A stretch of DNA of 64,000 bases from Polyangiaceae bacterium (GTDB lineage Bacteria; Myxococcota_A; Polyangia; Polyangiales; Polyangiaceae): positions 64,001 to 128,000 of the forward strand of contig JBILLK010000004.1 of the NCBI GenBank assembly GCA_044376115.1, written 5' to 3'. The position numbers and the translations under genes were made by a program. Every line of letters begins with the position of its first letter. The stretch's first letter is position 1. Of the stretch, positions 58,946 through 64,000 are shown one piece after another. The notes beneath the pieces were generated by a model. It did no database searches, had not been told where the DNA came from, and worked only from the letters and a program-made list of their open reading frames with translations.

Positions 58946-59875
58946 CTAGCGGTGGGTGGAGCGTTCCAAGGCTCGCGCGAACAGCGGCGCAATGTCGAAG
59001 ACAGCGCCGGAGCGAGCCGCTAGCTGCTGGCTCGACGGGTGGGAGTTGGTCCCGATCACACCGGCAAACAAGCCGCTCGACTCGATGCGCTCGAGCGAAC
59101 CGGGCGGCAAGACGAGATGACTTGCGACGGCGAAAATTCGCTCCGCGCCGGCGGCTTTGTACGCTTCCGCGGCCTGAATCAGCGAGGAGCCGGTGCGGAT
59201 CATGTCGTCGTACAGCACGACGTCGACGCCACGAACGTCCGCGTTGACGCCCGTTACGGCGATCGCGCCGGAGCTCGAGTCACGACGCTTGTAAACAAAT
59301 GCTGGGTTGACAGAGAGCGCACGCGCCAAGCTCTCGACCCACTTGGCGCGGCCAGCATCGGTGGCGCCGAGAACGAAGGGAGACTCGCCCATCGTGTCTC
59401 GAATCGCCTTGGTGATCACTGGAGCGCCGTAAAGGTGGTGGGTGACGTGGTCGTCGCCAAAGTAGAACTCGATGCCGTCGGTGTGCAGGTCGAACAGGAA
59501 GATGCGGGTGCCCGCTTCACACGCTGGGATGCTCGAGATCAGGCGGGAGCGCGTCTTGGCGGTGACAACTTCCCCCGGCTTCACCGCGCGCTCCATCGTC
59601 GCGTAGCCGAAGTACGGCATCATGATCGAGAGCGAGCGAGCTCCGGCCCGCGCAATGGCGCAGCCGAGATCGTAGACTTCGAGCCAATCCAGGTCGGTCG
59701 GCGTGCCCCCGAGGAGCACCACGTCCCGCCCCCAGCTGTCACAATCGAGCCGCAAATAGCGCTCCCCATCGGGAAACGCTTTGCGCGTGATCGGGCCGAC
59801 CTCGAAGCGCGCGACGCTGGTCAACGCGGGTTGGAAGTAGGCGTAGCTGGAGGTCGTAAATAGCAGCGGCTCCAT
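58946..59875 (-). CDS. prs: Ribose-phosphate pyrophosphokinase
   Basis: FPDGE, PYFGYA, DLH, DAG, KRR, YDDMIRTGSS. Confidence 0.93.
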   Translation of the reverse strand: MEPLLFTTSSYAYFQPALTSVARFEVGPITRKAFPDGERYLRLDCDSWGRDVVLLGGTPTDLDWLEVYDLGCAIARAGARSLSIMMPYFGYATMERAVKPGEVVTAKTRSRLISSIPACEAGTRIFLFDLHTDGIEFYFGDDHVTHHLYGAPVITKAIRDTMGESPFVLGATDAGRAKWVESLARALSVNPAFVYKRRDSSSGAIAVTGVNADVRGVDVVLYDDMIRTGSSLIQAAEAYKAAGAERIFAVASHLVLPPGSLERIESSGLFAGVIGTNSHPSSQQLAARSGAVFDIAPLFARALERSTHR

Positions 59876-60014
59876 AGGCGGCGCAGCCTAACGCGGGCCC
59901 CCCGCTGTGTCAGGGAAGTTGTCGGGCAGCGCCTAGCGCTACAAATCCCGGGTCCGGCCCCTGGTTTGTGGAAGCACAAGACGACAGCGGACCCAATTCG
60001 CTAAGCTCCGCAAA

Positions 60015-62417
60015 ATGAGCTCCCCCACGCCTGTTCAACTCATTGGGCGTTACGCCTTGTGCGGCAAGTTGGGGACAGGCGGCATGGGCACCGTCTACGT
60101 CGGGCGGCTGGCAGGCCCCTTGGGCTTCGCTCGCACCGTCGCGATCAAACGCATGCATTCGCACTTGGCGGACGACCCGACGTTTCGGCGCTTGTTTCTC
60201 GATGAAGCGCGTCTGGCCGCCCGAATCACCCACGCCAACGTCGTCGCGACCTTGGACGTGGTGGCGGAGGGTGAAGAGCTGTTGGTGGTACTCGAGTACA
60301 TCGCCGGCGGGTCCTTCGCTTCGCTGCTGCGTTCGATGGGGAAGAAGGGCACGCGACTACCCACGCCGGTGGTCGGCGCAATTGTCTCGCAGGCGCTCCA
60401 TGGCCTTCACGCAGCCCACGAGGCGGTTGATGACCTTGGCAAGCCGCTTGGCATCATTCATCGCGACGTCGCGCCCGACAACATCATGGTCGGAACCGAT
60501 GGGGTCTCGCGCATCGTCGACTTCGGCATCGCGAAGGCGAACGAGCTAGGCCAGCGCACCCAAGACGGCAAAGTCAAAGGCAAGATCCGCTACATGGCGC
60601 CCGAGCATTTGCAAGGCCATGTGATCGATCGGCGCGCCGATGTCTACGCGGCTGGCAGCGTCCTGTTCGAGGCGTTGACGGGTCGTCCGCTCGTCCCCGG
60701 CGCGAATGACGTCGAGCAGATCGCGGCGCTATCCAAGCTCACAGCCAAAGACAAAATACCGAGTCTCGCGCTCCCCAGTCTCTCGCCCGAGATCGATCGG
60801 CTGGTGACGACGGCGCTTGCCTTCGACCGCAACAAGCGTTTCGCCACGGCCCTAGAGATGGCTAAGGAGGTGGAGGCTGCGCTCGGCGTCGCCTCCCCAA
60901 GCGCCGTGGCCGAGTTGGTGGACGCGATGCTCGCATCGGAAATATTACGACGAAAGTCGCTCGTGGAGTACGCCTCACTAGCGACCCGGGAGCTCAAGCC
61001 CGAGAGCAGCGACATTGAGCTCGACACCGAGAGTGTGCGCGGGAAGGCCGACGCATCAACCAGCTCGGTGGCGCTCCACACCAAAGACATCGAGGAGGTG
61101 AAGGTCGATCTCGCAATCGCCCTCCAGCCCACGCTGGTGTCCCGCGAGCTCACCACCAACCAGCAGAGTCCTCGCGGCAAGCTGCTCGATCTCCCGCCGG
61201 ATCTGCCCGATCTGATGCCGACCAACCGGTTGGAGAACGCGAGCGCGCCAGGGTCGACGGCTGCACCTGCTGAGGTTCCAGCAGCTGGCGGAGAAGAGCC
61301 GAAACGCGCGGTTCCCGCGCCCCCGCCTCGGCCTAACGTTGCCGCAGCGCCACCGCTTGCGATCGCTGCGCCTCACGAAGCCGCACTCACCTTGGGCGCA
61401 GGCGATAGCAAGGCTTCGGTGGAACTCGAGCCGGGCGTGGTGCGCCGAGCGGCACCGCCACTCGAGTCACCGCTGATGCCTGCTCCGACGGCGTCGCCCC
61501 AGCCGCAAAGCCTATCCGGCACGCCACGACCGCGCCCGGAGGCTGCTGGCCCTAGGCCCCGACCCTCCGGCCGCCCTGCAGCCGCAACGGCTGCACCACG
61601 CTCGAGTGACAGTAGCGCCAAGGCTTGGATCGTGCTGCTGCCGGTGGCGCTGATCGGGGTCGGGCTGTTCCTGTTCCTGTGGCTTCGGAGCGCGGACAGC
61701 AAGGACGAAGGAACCGCACCGACCGGGCAAGCGCTCGCGGCAACCAACTACGCTGAGGATTGCGACCTCATGCGGCGCCGGCTGCGCGGCGGGGGTCCAT
61801 CCTTTGGCCTCTCGAGGCAAGGTTGGCAGCTGGAACTCTGGCTCCGGCCCGCACCTGGCCGTGCGATCGATCCCAAGAGCATTGACCTGCCCGCCTTAGC
61901 GGGAGAGGGCAAGGCGACCCTGGGAGAGCTGCGTGCCGACGAGGCCAACGAAGGCGTGCTCGTGAGCATCGAGGGGCCGCGCACCGAGTGGGCGTTCGAT
62001 CCCACCAAGTTCGGCGAGCTGATCCAGCAAGCCGACAAGATCTTTGTGGAGAGCAAAGCCGATACTGGCGCCCTCATTCTGCGCTGTGCGCACTTGCGTA
62101 GTTACGAGACGGGTCTTTGGTTTCGTTCGATGGATGCGGCCGGCCTCGCGGCGAGCATGCTGCTAACGATTGGGCTGCTGAGCGACGCGCCGTTTGTTCC
62201 TGTTCCGTCGACCAAGCCCACCGACTCCCGCTTCGAAGGCCTGCTCAAACTCGCGCGAGCACGCACCGCCGACTACCCGATCGTGATTCAGAAAAACGGT
62301 GGCACGGTGGAGAACAAGGCGCGCGGCTATCGAGCCACGTTTGCGCCCGAAAACCTTGGGCAACTCTTTCCGGCTACGCGCGCGTTGCTAGATACGATGA
62401 ACGGCGCTGAACCTTGA
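60015..62417 (+). CDS. Membrane-anchored Ser/Thr protein kinase
   Basis: GTGGMGTVY, VAIK, HRDVAPDN, DFGIAK, YMAPE, DVYAAG; Pro-rich linker; TM; C-terminal domain. Confidence 0.93.
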   Translation: MSSPTPVQLIGRYALCGKLGTGGMGTVYVGRLAGPLGFARTVAIKRMHSHLADDPTFRRLFLDEARLAARITHANVVATLDVVAEGEELLVVLEYIAGGSFASLLRSMGKKGTRLPTPVVGAIVSQALHGLHAAHEAVDDLGKPLGIIHRDVAPDNIMVGTDGVSRIVDFGIAKANELGQRTQDGKVKGKIRYMAPEHLQGHVIDRRADVYAAGSVLFEALTGRPLVPGANDVEQIAALSKLTAKDKIPSLALPSLSPEIDRLVTTALAFDRNKRFATALEMAKEVEAALGVASPSAVAELVDAMLASEILRRKSLVEYASLATRELKPESSDIELDTESVRGKADASTSSVALHTKDIEEVKVDLAIALQPTLVSRELTTNQQSPRGKLLDLPPDLPDLMPTNRLENASAPGSTAAPAEVPAAGGEEPKRAVPAPPPRPNVAAAPPLAIAAPHEAALTLGAGDSKASVELEPGVVRRAAPPLESPLMPAPTASPQPQSLSGTPRPRPEAAGPRPRPSGRPAAATAAPRSSDSSAKAWIVLLPVALIGVGLFLFLWLRSADSKDEGTAPTGQALAATNYAEDCDLMRRRLRGGGPSFGLSRQGWQLELWLRPAPGRAIDPKSIDLPALAGEGKATLGELRADEANEGVLVSIEGPRTEWAFDPTKFGELIQQADKIFVESKADTGALILRCAHLRSYETGLWFRSMDAAGLAASMLLTIGLLSDAPFVPVPSTKPTDSRFEGLLKLARARTADYPIVIQKNGGTVENKARGYRATFAPENLGQLFPATRALLDTMNGAEP

Positions 62418-62458
62418 GCGCCGGTGCGCGCAGGCTTCGACTACCAGCAGCTAGCGGG

Positions 62459-63211
62459 TCATGCGTCGCCGAGTGCGAGGGCCAGGGCTGCGGCCACGCC
62501 AGCGTCCTTCGCCGTCAGATCGAGCGCCAGCGGCGTGATGCCGACCACGCCCTCGTCGAACGCCTCGGTGTCCGAGCCGGGTGCATCGTGGTGGCGCGCT
62601 GAGCTACCGCCAATCCAGAGGTAGTCAGCCCCGCGCGGGTCTTTGCGGAAGCTGACCCCACCTTCGTAGGTTCGTCGCCCCATGATCGTCGTGCGAGCCG
62701 TCCACGAACGGCCTGGAGGAAAATTCACGTTGAGCAGCAGGCCGACGGCAGGCGAAGCCTCGAGCAGCGCGAGCGCGAGCCGCACCGATACCGCGGCCGC
62801 AGCCTCGAGATCGGTGCCGCTGTCAGCGGATAGTGCGAGCGCGGGGATGCCGCGCAAAGCGGCCTCGCGGGCCGCGGCGACGGTGCCTGAATAGAAGACG
62901 TCCACCCCCAGATTCAGGCCATGATTGATGCCCGACAAACATAGGTCGGGCACGCGAGGCAACACCCGTCCCTCACTTTCGAGCGCGACAAAGACCGAGT
63001 CAGCCGGGGTGCCATCCACGGCGAAGCGGCCCGGTCCTACCTCACGCAAGCGCAAGACCCTCGAGAGGGTGAGCGAATGACTGGTCGCACTTTGATTGTC
63101 CCGCGGCGCGCAAACCACGACGTCAGCGTGGGCGGCCATCGCTTGTGCGAGCCGAAGAATGCCCTCCGAGCCAACGCCGTCGTCGTTGGTGACCAGCACG
63201 AGCGGTTTCAA
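62459..63211 (-). CDS. surE: 5'/3'-nucleotidase SurE
   Basis: LVTNDDG, QSATSHSLT, GTPAD, SGINHGLN, YSGTVAAARE. Confidence 0.95.
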   Translation of the reverse strand: MKPLVLVTNDDGVGSEGILRLAQAMAAHADVVVCAPRDNQSATSHSLTLSRVLRLREVGPGRFAVDGTPADSVFVALESEGRVLPRVPDLCLSGINHGLNLGVDVFYSGTVAAAREAALRGIPALALSADSGTDLEAAAAVSVRLALALLEASPAVGLLLNVNFPPGRSWTARTTIMGRRTYEGGVSFRKDPRGADYLWIGGSSARHHDAPGSDTEAFDEGVVGITPLALDLTAKDAGVAAALALALGDA

Positions 63212-63227
63212 TTGGACCTTGTGCGAC

Positions 63228-63998
63228 TCAGGGGGTCTGCGGATCGTAGGTGTCGGGCGCCGGCGCTGGAGTCGGCGCGGGCGCGGGCGCTGCGCCGGTC
63301 GGAGCGGGGCCCGTGCCCCCCGTCGGGAGCGGAGCAGCCACCGGCGTAAGGTCGGCGTCGGTGAACTCGAGCGTGGTCACGTCCTGACACTTGACCGGGG
63401 TGCTCTTCGCCCGGCCCACCGGCTTGAGCGAGCCCGGCTCCGCCAGCGTGAGGAACTTCGTCCCGACGCAGCTGGTCTCGTTGACAGTCGTGGTGTCACC
63501 GATGCGCTTTCCGCTCATCAGCACGTCCATCGTGCGCGGTGCTTTCACGATCAGGTAGCCGGCAGTCGGCGCCAGAGACTTCGGATCGGCGGGCGGAGCG
63601 AGTTCACCAGGCTCCGCGGTAGCGGAAGCGCTGACCGTCGCGGTGGCTGTGGCTGTAACCACCGCCGTCGCAGTAGCCGTAGCGGTGGGCTTCGCCGTGG
63701 CGGTGGGCTTGGTCGTGACGGTGGTTTCAGGAACTGCCGTGTTCACGCCCTGGCTCGGATCCTCGCGGAGTCGCAAGTACCAGAACGCGGCGGCGCCACC
63801 GGCCAACACCAGGAACGCCCCCACGAGCAGCGGAGCCACGCTCTTCTTCGGTGCCGGCGCAACTCCAGCTTGCGCGAACTTGCTCGGAGCCTCCGGCGCC
63901 TTGGCAGCCGCCTCCGCGGCGGGTTTAACCGCTTCGGGCTCGGCTGCGACGACCGGCTCAACCGGTTTGGCGGGCGCCACGGCGACCGGTGCTGCTTC
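63228..63998 (-). CDS. C-terminal part of a Pro/Ala/Thr-rich bitopic membrane protein, truncated by window edge
   Basis: Frame open to the edge; TM LLVGAFLVLAGGAAAFWYL; TA repeats; small PEGA-like beta domain. Confidence 0.7.
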   Translation of the reverse strand, partial: EAAPVAVAPAKPVEPVVAAEPEAVKPAAEAAAKAPEAPSKFAQAGVAPAPKKSVAPLLVGAFLVLAGGAAAFWYLRLREDPSQGVNTAVPETTVTTKPTATAKPTATATATAVVTATATATVSASATAEPGELAPPADPKSLAPTAGYLIVKAPRTMDVLMSGKRIGDTTTVNETSCVGTKFLTLAEPGSLKPVGRAKSTPVKCQDVTTLEFTDADLTPVAAPLPTGGTGPAPTGAAPAPAPTPAPAPDTYDPQTP

Positions 63999-64000
63999 CT

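Overview
GC-rich, gene-dense chromosomal window. Gene content (Ser/Thr kinases with Zn-ribbons, giant TPR and Pro-rich proteins, many Cys-rich lipoproteins) points to a myxobacterium, probably Polyangiales-like; this is an inference. About 46 CDSs are supportable. Housekeeping and signalling genes include truD (partial), an exbB-exbD-tonB-like triplet, purF, HMG-CoA lyase, a PhoBR-like pair with a Pho-box-like repeat, LD-carboxypeptidase, mutS, a PPTase, DJ-1/PfpI, dipeptide epimerase, FKBP, a second PhoB-like regulator, a lipase, prs, a Ser/Thr kinase and surE. I saw no rRNA, tRNA, CRISPR array or transposase. The most striking locus is 38-49 kb. It holds a protein with an FHA-like domain, two degenerate GGDEF-like domains and a C-terminal HEPN-type RNxxAH motif. 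On the same strand downstream lies a giant membrane protein with repeated PPTxVD (pThr+3 Asp) motifs. Divergently, across an A/T-tract and repeat-rich intergenic region, lies a small leader/core-like protein translationally coupled to uncharacterised envelope genes. Other patterns are many putative leaderless promoters and two Tyr-spaced Q/G/P prion-like regions. All domain calls come from motifs read by eye; no searches were run.
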